IMG/VR virus record: IMGVR_UViG_3300020474_000001
Coordinates: 143,656-207,655 of that record
Length of the DNA: 64,000 nt
Strand: one strand, 5' to 3'
This document shows positions 40,616 to 49,030 of the stretch, in pieces. How positions within the stretch are numbered: the first letter of the stretch is position 1; each line of letters starts with the position of its first letter. Both the position numbers and the translations under genes were made by a program. Below the pieces are notes generated by a model. That model made no database searches. It was not told the DNA's origin and was given only the letters and a program-made list of their open reading frames with translations.

Positions 40616-41356
40616 TCACACCCCGGCATGCTGTTGCTTATATGGTTTCAAAAATGCGGCGTTAAGTTTTACTTTAGCGTTAAGATTCGACTCCTTTGAC
40701 TGACCGCCGTGCAGCAACAGTGCAAAGGGACCATCCATGAAACAGCGTTCTTCGTGGCGGTACTCGACACCGTCAATTGGCAGATTCAGTTCTGCCGCTT
40801 CTGCAATATCCTGCACGACCTTTACATAGCGAGGGAACCTGCCAGCATCAATTAATGCATCATATCTGCCGCCATAAGATGCTGTCATATAGAAATTATC
40901 AGGCAAAATAACACTGCGGAACAAGTGCAACGACTTAGAGTAGCAATAGAATTTAAGACCTGGCATTCTCTTGGCGACCTTAATCCATGCTTTTAAATAC
41001 TCAATATTGAAAAAATCACCAGACTCATGTATACGAATGCGAGTATACTTACGGCGGCGCTTCTTTAACTCTACCTGAATCGATTGATAGATTAACTCCT
41101 CAATATTGTCACTAGCATTAATTAAATCAAAATTATGCTTTCGTGCATCATAAACTGCAGGATATTGTGCTTCAGCACGGGCAGCGAAACAAGTGAATTC
41201 AGTGTTATCACCACGCACTAGATTGCGCTTGCCGCTGTTAACAACTGCCCATGCCCTACACTTATCAGCACCGGGACAGGTTCTACCCGCAGGCAGGTTG
41301 AAAATCAAGGTGTCGGGGTGCAGTTTAGCGTTGCCAGCGGAGAACTTAAGAAGCAT
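40616..41356 (-). CDS. GP88-like Cys-rich (radical-SAM-related) protein; start probably MLLKFS at 41356
   Basis: FNLPAGRTCPGADKC, CFAARAEAQYP, RIRIHESGDF and FYCYSK motifs. Confidence 0.7.
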   Translation of the reverse strand: MLLKFSAGNAKLHPDTLIFNLPAGRTCPGADKCRAWAVVNSGKRNLVRGDNTEFTCFAARAEAQYPAVYDARKHNFDLINASDNIEELIYQSIQVELKKRRRKYTRIRIHESGDFFNIEYLKAWIKVAKRMPGLKFYCYSKSLHLFRSVILPDNFYMTASYGGRYDALIDAGRFPRYVKVVQDIAEAAELNLPIDGVEYRHEERCFMDGPFALLLHGGQSKESNLNAKVKLNAAFLKPYKQQHAGV

Positions 41357-41501
41357 GGATCTGAGGTCGATTGATACCAGTATTGCCGGGATTCGCATGC
41401 ATGCTGGGGTCATTGTGCCACTATGCCAACTGGTTTGAAACGTTACAAGATGTTAAAGGTTCGTGAATCTGCCGCACTTCCCCCATCCGATACGCTATGA
41501 T

Positions 41502-41575
41502 GTGGGAACAACAGAAGGAGGGGCAGGGCAGCCCTGATGACGAAAAAAGGCGACACTCACCCTGCAACGAAATAA
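41502..41575 (+). ncRNA. Repeated module copy 2: hairpin RNA / mini-ORF MTKKGDTHPATK
   Basis: -10 TATGAT at 41496; GA-GGGG-cagggcag-CCCT-GA hairpin; ATG 41537 to TAA 41575. Confidence 0.5.
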
Positions 41576-41644
41576 TCATAAGATATGTGACACTTTATGA
41601 ACTGTCACAGTGCCACTTTTATATGTGGTTTTATTACATAATTG

Positions 41645-41702
41645 TATTTTATGGCAGGGTAAGTGGCGATCGTTGTCGTCTTCGGTGCTACCTCACACCT
41701 CA
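41645..41702 (-). ncRNA. Repeated module copy 4 (inverted; AAG in place of ATG)
   Basis: Minus strand gaGGTGtgaggtagCACCgaagacgacaacgatcgccacttaccctgccataaaat; extended -10 TGCTAAGAT near 41750. Confidence 0.5.
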
Positions 41703-41834
41703 ATAAATTGTAACAATCAGAGCATAATGGTGTTTCCCAACTGATCGTATCTTAGCACAGCAGGAGCAGATCCGTGACCCACTCCGTAACATAATGAAAT
41801 ATTATCACTTTGCCAGCATAGAGTTTGAGTGATA

Positions 41835-42059
41835 TTATTCTTCCTCCTCCTCTACTTTTACGACCTTGAGTTTACCTGCGGCAATAAGATCCAACAGCAT
41901 ACCAGTCGATCCCTTCAAAATACCGTCTCCGTCAATACGCAGACACTGAAATTCTTTGGCAATGTCATCTACAATGTCCGGCGTTATTTCCCCACAACGG
42001 ATGGCATATACTCGTCTTGTATGCTCGTCGTTGATGTCAAGACCCAAATAGTTTCTCAT
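41835..42059 (-). CDS. Early hypothetical protein
   Basis: 74-aa ORF with a CATC-rich leader. Confidence 0.6.
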   Translation of the reverse strand: MRNYLGLDINDEHTRRVYAIRCGEITPDIVDDIAKEFQCLRIDGDGILKGSTGMLLDLIAAGKLKVVKVEEEEE

Positions 42060-42110
42060 GATGATGAAGATGAAGATGATGTTAGCGAAGGTGATGATTG
42101 TGAAGGTGAT

Positions 42111-42347
42111 TCAATACTGTGGATCAATGAACATAACAGTGCAGGATCCACGCGGACGAAGAATAATGGTTTCGCCACATTCTTCTCGGTCACATTTCAC
42201 TCCAGATAATCCTATTGCTTCCTTACATGCTAGGACAATCTGTCGATCAGTGGCACAATCTGAGAGACTAATTGTCTCCCGATCACACCAACTGTAGTTT
42301 GCTTCACCACCGAATGTGTCAGTGTACTCAACCTTAAAGTTCTGCAT
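42111..42347 (-). CDS. Early hypothetical protein (VEYTDTFGGEANYSW motif)
   Basis: Clean ORF; motif recalled from phage early proteins. Confidence 0.7.
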   Translation of the reverse strand: MQNFKVEYTDTFGGEANYSWCDRETISLSDCATDRQIVLACKEAIGLSGVKCDREECGETIILRPRGSCTVMFIDPQY

Positions 42348-42385
42348 GATTCAAAAAAAGAATAAAGTTTGCGGGTAAAATCTTA

Positions 42386-42649
42386 TCAGGTGTGAGTGCT
42401 ACCATCAGGTAACATGCAACCGTGAAGACCACAATTTGGCAAAATACCTTCGATGATGACACTGTAGGTGCCATTATGATGGTTTCCTTGCACATCTTCC
42501 TCCACCATTAACCCCTGCATAAGTTCAACAACACTCTTGCCTGTTTGTATGCTCCACATAGAAAACTTTGCGAGTTGCTGATAAGTCAGAACCTGGAAGT
42601 GATCACCCAGGGTTCCATCAGATTCGAGAAGTGGTGCTCTGTAACGCAT
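42386..42649 (-). CDS. Early hypothetical protein
   Basis: Downstream of palindrome 42708 and a TTGATA-17-CATACT promoter. Confidence 0.65.
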   Translation of the reverse strand: MRYRAPLLESDGTLGDHFQVLTYQQLAKFSMWSIQTGKSVVELMQGLMVEEDVQGNHHNGTYSVIIEGILPNCGLHGCMLPDGSTHT

Positions 42650-42738
42650 TTGGTTGGTTGCGATTGATATAAGTATGGGTCAGAGTGGACAACTTATCAA
42701 CCTCAGAGTGACAGTTTGCCAAGTGTCCACTAATGTTA

Positions 42739-43083
42739 TCAAGCGATTGCCCTTTCTATCATTTTAATAATAAGTTCACTTGGCGCTACAATATCATTAA
42801 CTACGCTTTCTTCCCCCGTTGCTTCTAAGGGAACACAAGTTAAGTGCATCTTCCAATCATATTTTCTATTGTTGAAGAACAACATAGAATAATCTACAGC
42901 ATCGACAATATCAGCACCGATAACAGCAAGGGATTTTGTATTCTTTTCTTTGCTAACTTTCCATTCTTTGACAGGTTCCATACCTTCGCCGTCGAGAACA
43001 TCAAACGCAACAAGATTCCAACCTGCATCATCAAGTTTGCGAATAATCTTCCGGGCGTTGCTGCATGTCTTGGAGATTGCCAT
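42739..43083 (-). CDS. Early hypothetical protein (start probably MAISK)
   Basis: ORF 42739-43104; leader and promoter geometry from palindrome 43142 favour the downstream ATG. Confidence 0.6.
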   Translation of the reverse strand: MAISKTCSNARKIIRKLDDAGWNLVAFDVLDGEGMEPVKEWKVSKEKNTKSLAVIGADIVDAVDYSMLFFNNRKYDWKMHLTCVPLEATGEESVVNDIVAPSELIIKMIERAIA

Positions 43084-43199
43084 GGGGTTGATGTAACTGA
43101 ACATATAATCATCGAGATCTCAGGACCAATCAATACCAGCTGTGACAGTTCACCAAGTGTCCACCGATGCCCTCAGAGGCACCTAGGAGGCGCTATAAT

Positions 43200-43272
43200 A
43201 TAAACAAATCAGAAGAGAGGTGGGGTAACCTCGATGACAACAAATATCGACACTACTCCTGCCATAAAATAA
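43200..43272 (+). ncRNA. Repeated module copy 3: hairpin RNA / mini-ORF MTTNIDTTPAIK
   Basis: TATAAT at 43194, 29 nt after palindrome 43142-43164; GA-GAGG-tggggtaa-CCTC-GA hairpin; ATG 43234 to TAA 43272. Confidence 0.55.
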
Positions 43273-43585
43273 TTATATCAAAATGTAACAATGTGCCAGT
43301 TTGCCAAGTGTCACAGTGCCAGTTCATAAACTGTCCACTCGGTCCTACTGCCTCCCTCCCGTGCTCCACCCTTCCACTGTAGGGGCTGCTGCCCGCTGCT
43401 GCTGTATAAACCACTACGATTTTATAAATTGTCACAAAGACACATAAAGCACTGGCACTGGACAGTTCTCGAAGTGTCCACTGTGTGAAAATCGCGACCT
43501 TATGAATTTTTATGGCGGGGGTGCTTGACAAAACGGCGATCGTGTGATAACATGCTGCCCAAGATCACAAGGTCTCAGAGGGTTT

Positions 43586-43626
43586 CATAAGACTTTACAT
43601 AAGACTTTACATAAGACTTTACATAA
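43586..43626. repeat. 12-bp tandem repeat CATAAGACTTTA x3.4
   Basis: Direct reading of the sequence. Confidence 0.9.
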
Positions 43627-43752
43627 CAATTCAAAATATAAACACTACTTATATTAGATATAAGAAAAACAAATACATCATCCCTTAGCAGACAAATACA
43701 TACATGTCAAGAGATAAGTTACAAAATTTAAGATAATTTTTGTTACATATTA

Positions 43753-43782
43753 TTTTCCACAATTCCACAGAGTTATTCCACA
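43753..43782 (+). repeat. Three TTCCACA (DnaA-box-like) 9-mers after an AT-rich tract
   Basis: TTTTCCACA 43753, AATTCCACA 43761 and TATTCCACA 43774. Confidence 0.6.
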
Positions 43783-44066
43783 AGATGATGATTATGAAGA
43801 TGATGATGATAATGAAGATGATATGTATGCCCGTGAAGATGATACTCTAGATGCTTCGTAGATACTCTGTAGCACCTTCCTAGACACTACTGAGTGCATT
43901 TGAATAAAAAACGAAAGTATATTTATTTAACCATTTTTTATATGTTTTTGCACTATTTTGTAGGTAATAATGCTCAAATATATGACTGAAGATGACATTT
44001 AGTCTTTTCTCCATCACGGGACTGTCATAAATGCCCTGGTGGTCATGCTGCTGCTGAAGATGACAT

Positions 44067-44094
44067 AAAAAAAGGAGAGTATTAACTACTCTCC
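44067..44094 (-). terminator. Intrinsic terminator
   Basis: GGAGAGTA-TTAAC-TACTCTCC with a minus-strand T7 tail, after the His-rich gene. Confidence 0.8.
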
Positions 44095-44112
44095 ATATAT
44101 TATGCTTAATCA

Positions 44113-44355
44113 TCAATGAAAGTGAGTTTTTATTGTATAGTGATAAGATCTAATACCATGATGTTTGTGACCATCTCCGTGCTTATGTTTGTGCTTATGA
44201 GTAATACCTGATTTGAAATGAGTATGCCAATGATTGTGCTTAATTACATGAACATGATAATGTTTATGATGTCCATGTCCATGATGTTTAGTATGAGCAA
44301 ATGCTGGGGCAGTTGTAATCAGCAGACCAGCAGTGAGAAAGAGAAAAGATTTCAT
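44113..44355 (-). CDS. Secreted His-rich peptide
   Basis: Signal peptide MKSFLFLTAGLLITTAPAFA followed by a 60-aa mature part with 23 His. Confidence 0.75.
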   Translation of the reverse strand: MKSFLFLTAGLLITTAPAFAHTKHHGHGHHKHYHVHVIKHNHWHTHFKSGITHKHKHKHGDGHKHHGIRSYHYTIKTHFH

Positions 44356-44360
44356 GAGAA

Positions 44361-44585
44361 TTAGTCGAGGTGAGAGGGATCAAAGTCTTTGAGATCTGGT
44401 GCTTGGAATTGTAACTTAAATCCAAGACTTTCAATTACACTAATATGGTGACGACATAAGATCTTTGTATTAGTTAAACAGCATAATTTTTCTGCTAATG
44501 TATTAGCTGGATATGCCATAGTTTTACCATAAAAAGTTTTAATGACATAGGATGCAATACCATTATCGGGAGATTGTGTGGTCAT
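44361..44585 (-). CDS. Early hypothetical protein (YGKTMAYPAN motif)
   Basis: GGAGGT RBS; clean ORF. Confidence 0.7.
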   Translation of the reverse strand: MTTQSPDNGIASYVIKTFYGKTMAYPANTLAEKLCCLTNTKILCRHHISVIESLGFKLQFQAPDLKDFDPSHLD

Positions 44586-44732
44586 GAGTTTACCTCCTGA
44601 TGAAAACGTGGAAGGTAGCGATAGTCAATAGATTTGATACACCAACCTTGCGAGAATGTTCATTCAACCTCCGCCAGTTCTTGTTGTTGTTGCATAAGTT
44701 GACTCGATCTTTAAGTTCTTTGAGTGTGTAAT

Positions 44733-44960
44733 TCATAATCCTTTACCATAAACAAGTTGAGCAACAGCATTAGAATTGGCATCAGGACGACACCATTTAA
44801 TTGGCATACTTTTCGGATTGTTTGGTATGCCCCAGATCATCATATCTGGTTCTGAACGACATAAACGATAGGCATGATTGATGTCCGTGCAATATACACA
44901 ACCGTGTTCATCAAATGTTGACCATGATGCCGGTTGAATTGCAAATGAATAAGTAGGCAT
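44733..44960 (-). CDS. Early hypothetical protein (start MPTYSF)
   Basis: GAGGT RBS before ATG at 44960. Confidence 0.65.
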   Translation of the reverse strand: MPTYSFAIQPASWSTFDEHGCVYCTDINHAYRLCRSEPDMMIWGIPNNPKSMPIKWCRPDANSNAVAQLVYGKGL

Positions 44961-44971
44961 GAGTTTACCTC

Positions 44972-45310
44972 TCAATTAAGATACAGGAATGAACCATAAG
45001 GATCAACCATCTCTGGATCCTTGAGCAATTCAGTTATCATATAACGAACAATCTTTGCAGGTGCTTTGAATGATGCTGGTTTGTAACATTCTCCAGTGTT
45101 CTTATCAACAAACATGAACACACCGTTATTGTTAAAACTATCATCAGCATAAACCCTGAATTGATTCAGTTTGATATATTTCTTACCTACACTATATTCT
45201 AACTTAGAATATGAACTATGTCCAGATTCAATAAAATTAACTTTCCATTGATTGTTTACAAGTTCAATCAGTTCTTGAACCTGTTGCTCGACTGTGACTG
45301 TTGTGGTCAT
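44972..45310 (-). CDS. Early protein, paralog family A (GKKYIKL...FVDKNTGECYKPAS)
   Basis: Strong palindrome-linked promoter and GGAGG leader. Confidence 0.75.
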   Translation of the reverse strand: MTTTVTVEQQVQELIELVNNQWKVNFIESGHSSYSKLEYSVGKKYIKLNQFRVYADDSFNNNGVFMFVDKNTGECYKPASFKAPAKIVRYMITELLKDPEMVDPYGSFLYLN

Positions 45311-45401
45311 GATCGGTGGTCCTCCGTTTGACTCCCTTATATTAAAGTGTTGTCAGACCAATTCTATAGTGGGTGTGACACTGCTGCAACTGGCACATGC
45401 C

Positions 45402-45842
45402 CTATCGTCTTCGTAGATAATTACCACGCCAATCTGCCCTTGCTAACATATCAATACGCTGTGCAATAATTGTCACATTAAATAAAATCTTTTTTGTCCG
45501 CCTTGGTTGCTGGTAGGGTGATACTGCATACACTGCCCCAGTAGTTTTATCAATAAAACAATGAATATAACTTTCTCCGGTACTTTTGTTCTTACACATA
45601 ATCAAATGATGCAATGTTTCACTCTGGCTATCAACAACAAACTCCAAATCTGCAAGATTTTCATTAGTAAACCTCTTAGATGTTTTCTGAGTATGTGCAA
45701 GCGCAGCATTAAGAACATCTTTATTCAGTGCATCAATCAATTCAAAACAACATGCTTTGATCTTCAAATAGATGGTATTCTTGGCATCCATTTGAATAGA
45801 CATTTGATCGAATGTAGCAGTAGTTGACATGACTAATAACAC
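45402..45842 (-). CDS. Early protein, paralog family A (IHCFIDKTTGAVY...ADWRGNYL)
   Basis: Shares the H/F-x-F-[IV]-D-K-x-T-G-x-x-Y motif with 44972-45310. Confidence 0.7.
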   Translation of the reverse strand: MLLVMSTTATFDQMSIQMDAKNTIYLKIKACCFELIDALNKDVLNAALAHTQKTSKRFTNENLADLEFVVDSQSETLHHLIMCKNKSTGESYIHCFIDKTTGAVYAVSPYQQPRRTKKILFNVTIIAQRIDMLARADWRGNYLRRR

Positions 45843-46984
45843 AAATAAGGGTGATCTTTATCTAGGACACAGTTGTCAGTTGCTGTCAAAAGTGTTTTGC
45901 ACGGATAATACTCATCCATGTCTGGATCGTATATCGTGGGAGTGCAATTTAGTTGTTCTGGTGTCATGCCCAGGAGCATCACCAGCAGATCCTGGTAGGT
46001 TGAACAAGCATAAGGAGTGCCACTCATGACTTATCTCCCATCACTTCCTGGTGTTTAACCGCATTGTATTTTTGGGTCAATTTACACATACAATCGTATG
46101 CAAGTTGTGCTCGTTTCTTATACTCATCGTGCTCATTCCTGAACTTGATGATCTCTTGTCGTAGCAATTCGGATTGGGACATGAACTTAAACTCCAATGA
46201 AGTGGGCAAAAAATGAAAACTAATCCTTGTCGTATTTCTTGAGATCTTGAATCACATGATGCAACATTCTCAAACCTCCTTTAGAATATCCTACACAAAA
46301 GTGTGGAGTTTTTTCAGAATCTTGAGAAGGATCATAAGGATCAACTGAATAGTCAATACTATTCAACACTGTTATCACCTCTTCGATCTTTTCCAGATAA
46401 AGATCGACTTCTTCCGATGACACTGAGATCATGATACTTTGCTCCCGTAATCAGCGTAGTGATGTTGATGTCCGTGAATATCGAAATACACAATTTCTGC
46501 GTATCCGTATTCTTCACTTAAACTGAGGCAAATGTCATAGGCACGATCTAAATCTTGCCGACAATTCTCATTTTCAAATGGTGCAGATGGGCATTTGACG
46601 ATGTAATCAATCATGAATCAATCCCTGTCAGAAATGTTGAAATGACCAGTCGTGATCTTCTCCTGGGCAGCAAGACGATTGGCACGCAGTTTCTTTAACT
46701 CATCCTGAATCGACTGTTTACAGATGTCGGCAAGGTCTGGATCACTTGCCCAGAACCCTTCTTCCTTATAGTATTTCATTTGCTCATGCTCCCTGATATT
46801 GATTGTGGTGCTCTTCAAAAACTTTCTCGACTTCATGCCATTGAACAGCAGAGATCTCCCCGTCGATCTGAGATTCAACGTAGTCCTTAGCAGACTCCCA
46901 GTCTGCGTCTGTATCATCCAAGAATGAGCGCAATCCTTGAAGTGCTTGCTCTAACTCTGAAAAAACGGGTATTGGTGTGGTCAT
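45833..46984 (-). CDS. Run of about six small early hypothetical ORFs (45833, 46024, 46220, 46429, 46618-46779, 46784)
   Basis: Tightly packed, stop/start-overlapping minus-strand ORFs downstream of the palindrome 47043 promoter. Confidence 0.6.
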
Positions 46985-47061
46985 TTGTTGCTCCGGTTGA
47001 CTTCTGAATAATAACGGATTTAAGGTCGAATCTACACTGCTTGTGACAGTGCTTCAAGTGG

Positions 47062-47380
47062 TCAATACCCTGCTAGTGCCCTCCCACCGCGTCCAGCAGC
47101 GCCTGCCTGACGGTTCAACGATGCAGACTGACCAGCAGCGCGACCATCCGCAGCAGCACTGCCGTGAGCAGCAGTGCCTCTGTAAGAAGAAAATTTTTGC
47201 GTTGCCAATACGATTGCAACTGCCTTAGCATCTGCCTCGCTGACAGGGTTATTTTCCTGCTTCATGTCACGCAAACGATTTCCGATTGTCTGTGCCATTG
47301 CTTTACGAAAGTTCTGCTTCCATCCATTTGATGATCTGGGCGCGGATCTTAGCGAGTTTGTCCTGAGTGGATGCAGTCAT
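47062..47380 (-). pseudogene. Internally deleted, frameshifted DUF2786-like gene
   Basis: ATG 47380 gives MTASTQDKLAKIRAQ...stop. The +1 frame continues ...SNGWKQNFRKAMAQTIGNRLRDMK...SLNRQAG...RALAGY, resembling the family's C-terminus as recalled. Confidence 0.5.
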
Positions 47381-47484
47381 GATCGGTGGTCCATCCGGTT
47401 GACATAATCAATATATTCAACCCTAAGATCAATACAAGTGTCGGTGTGACACTTATACATCTGGCACTAGCTAAGATTTAAGAC

Positions 47485-47551
47485 AAAAAAAGTGCGCCCA
47501 AATGCGCACTTAGAAGGTCAAACGGAAAGATCGGAGGGACCATCTCCGACT
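47485..47551 (-). ncRNA. Candidate trans-acting small RNA (about 67 nt) with its own terminator
   Basis: TGC-TATACT extended -10 at 47557-47562; 5' hairpin UCGGAG/CUCCGA; CU-rich linker; terminator AAGTGCGC/GCGCACTT plus U7. Confidence 0.6.
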
Positions 47552-47747
47552 CAGACAGTATAGCAGGACACGGGAATGGGCGAGTGACCTGGACTATCAC
47601 TTAGAGAGAAAATCATGTGGTAAGCATAGTTATCTTTGAGATTGTCAAGTTCTTCTTCAGTCATAGGTTTCAGCAGCGAAAGTGATTAGGATCAGAACAG
47701 ACATTAGCATTGCTGGTGATAACAACAATACCAAAAGTTTCAACTCT

Positions 47748-48976
47748 TCAAAAGTCATTCTCCTTCCAATAGATCTGCCAATGGTTTACCAAATAGTTTG
47801 GTTTCTTGTTGCATAAGACATACAATCTTTGCACGATGTCTCGGGTTGCAGAGATCCAAACCATGCTCTTTTGCCAGTTCAACTCGTCGTTCACGGAAAG
47901 ATTTTTCTCTGGACCCCATCGAAATAGAAAAGCAGTGTGTAAACTAAATGTCGAAAAAAGAGGGGAAGGTATCAACTTCCCCCCGATCTCTTCCGTGTAA
48001 CCTGTGTGACACCTGGGACTTACCGCAAGCGTGCCCAGGATTTAGAATTTCATTATTTAACCTCCTCGATGATCTTATTCAAACGCCGTTTCATACGAAT
48101 CTTTCCAAAATGATTACGACAAAATTCATTTAGTTTAGAAAGATCTGGATCTATTTTACTTGCTTGTGCGCCAACTTTCTGTGAAACTTTACGGAATCTA
48201 ACTCCGAAAAATTCTTCAATTTCACTGAGTCGCACATCATTACATTCACTCATAGCGAGAATGACTGCATGAATAGCATCACATTCATCGGGAGTGAGTT
48301 TGGTCTGGTCCTCGGTAGGGATGAACATAATCTGATAGGATTGCTCCTCGGTGTTGCACTAATTGTGCCAACTCATCATGTGGTGTGCAAGGGGTGTGTT
48401 TTGATAACCACACACTTCATTCTGAATCCTGTGTCTCATGATACTTTCCATCTGGACCCGGAACCATGCTGCCAGATCGAAGGTTAAGCACCTTTGTTGG
48501 TTCTTTCTGAATGATATATTTGCCGTCGCTCTTTTGGTTTTTCAAAAATTTTGCAACTTTATCACCATCAAAATGCACAAATACTGTCTCATATGCAGAT
48601 CCACCATGTTCAGCGGTGTATCTACGGTTCACAAATTGCATCCACGATTTTCCTTTCCGATATTTTCTTTTGCTAAAAACTAAAACATCAGAACGAATCT
48701 CAGGATCAATTTCCCAAGTAAGATGACTGGAAGCAGACATAAATTCAATCAGTCAGTCAACCCAGGTGCTAATTCATTGATTTCTTCTCTTTCGATGCGA
48801 TCGAATGGAATGATAGAGTGGAGACGAGACATTGCATCACCGTAGATTTTCTCATCTTCTGGTGATAATTCTTTACCATATTGAGTCATAGCATTCCACA
48901 CTAATGCCCAATATGCAGTTGGCATGTATTCTCGCACGATTCCCTGGGTAGAAATGGACTGGATGGACTCGATCAT
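47748..48976 (-). CDS. Small early hypothetical ORFs (47748, 48053, 48417, 48749)
   Basis: Consecutive minus-strand ORFs of 75-107 aa. Confidence 0.55.
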
Positions 48977-49030
48977 GATGAAAAAAACGAAAATAAAACT
49001 GCCCCAGAAAAATCTGGGGCATTTGTGTAA

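Noticed and set aside
40515-41545. Hammerhead ribozyme (CUGAUGA core) in module copies 1 and 2
   Set aside because: There is no stem II followed by GAAA in copy 1, and copies 3 and 4 have UCGAUGA and CCGAAGA, which break the catalytic core.
41497-43531. ORFs 41497-41706 (+), 43167-43382 (+) and 43253-43531 (-)
   Set aside because: They run through promoter palindromes and the repeated module in non-conserved frames, and are not shared between module copies.
43780-43900. His-rich, Asp-rich or Ser-rich readings of the GAT/GAA triplet run
   Set aside because: Low-complexity DNA gives biased peptides in several frames, and no convincing start or RBS was found.
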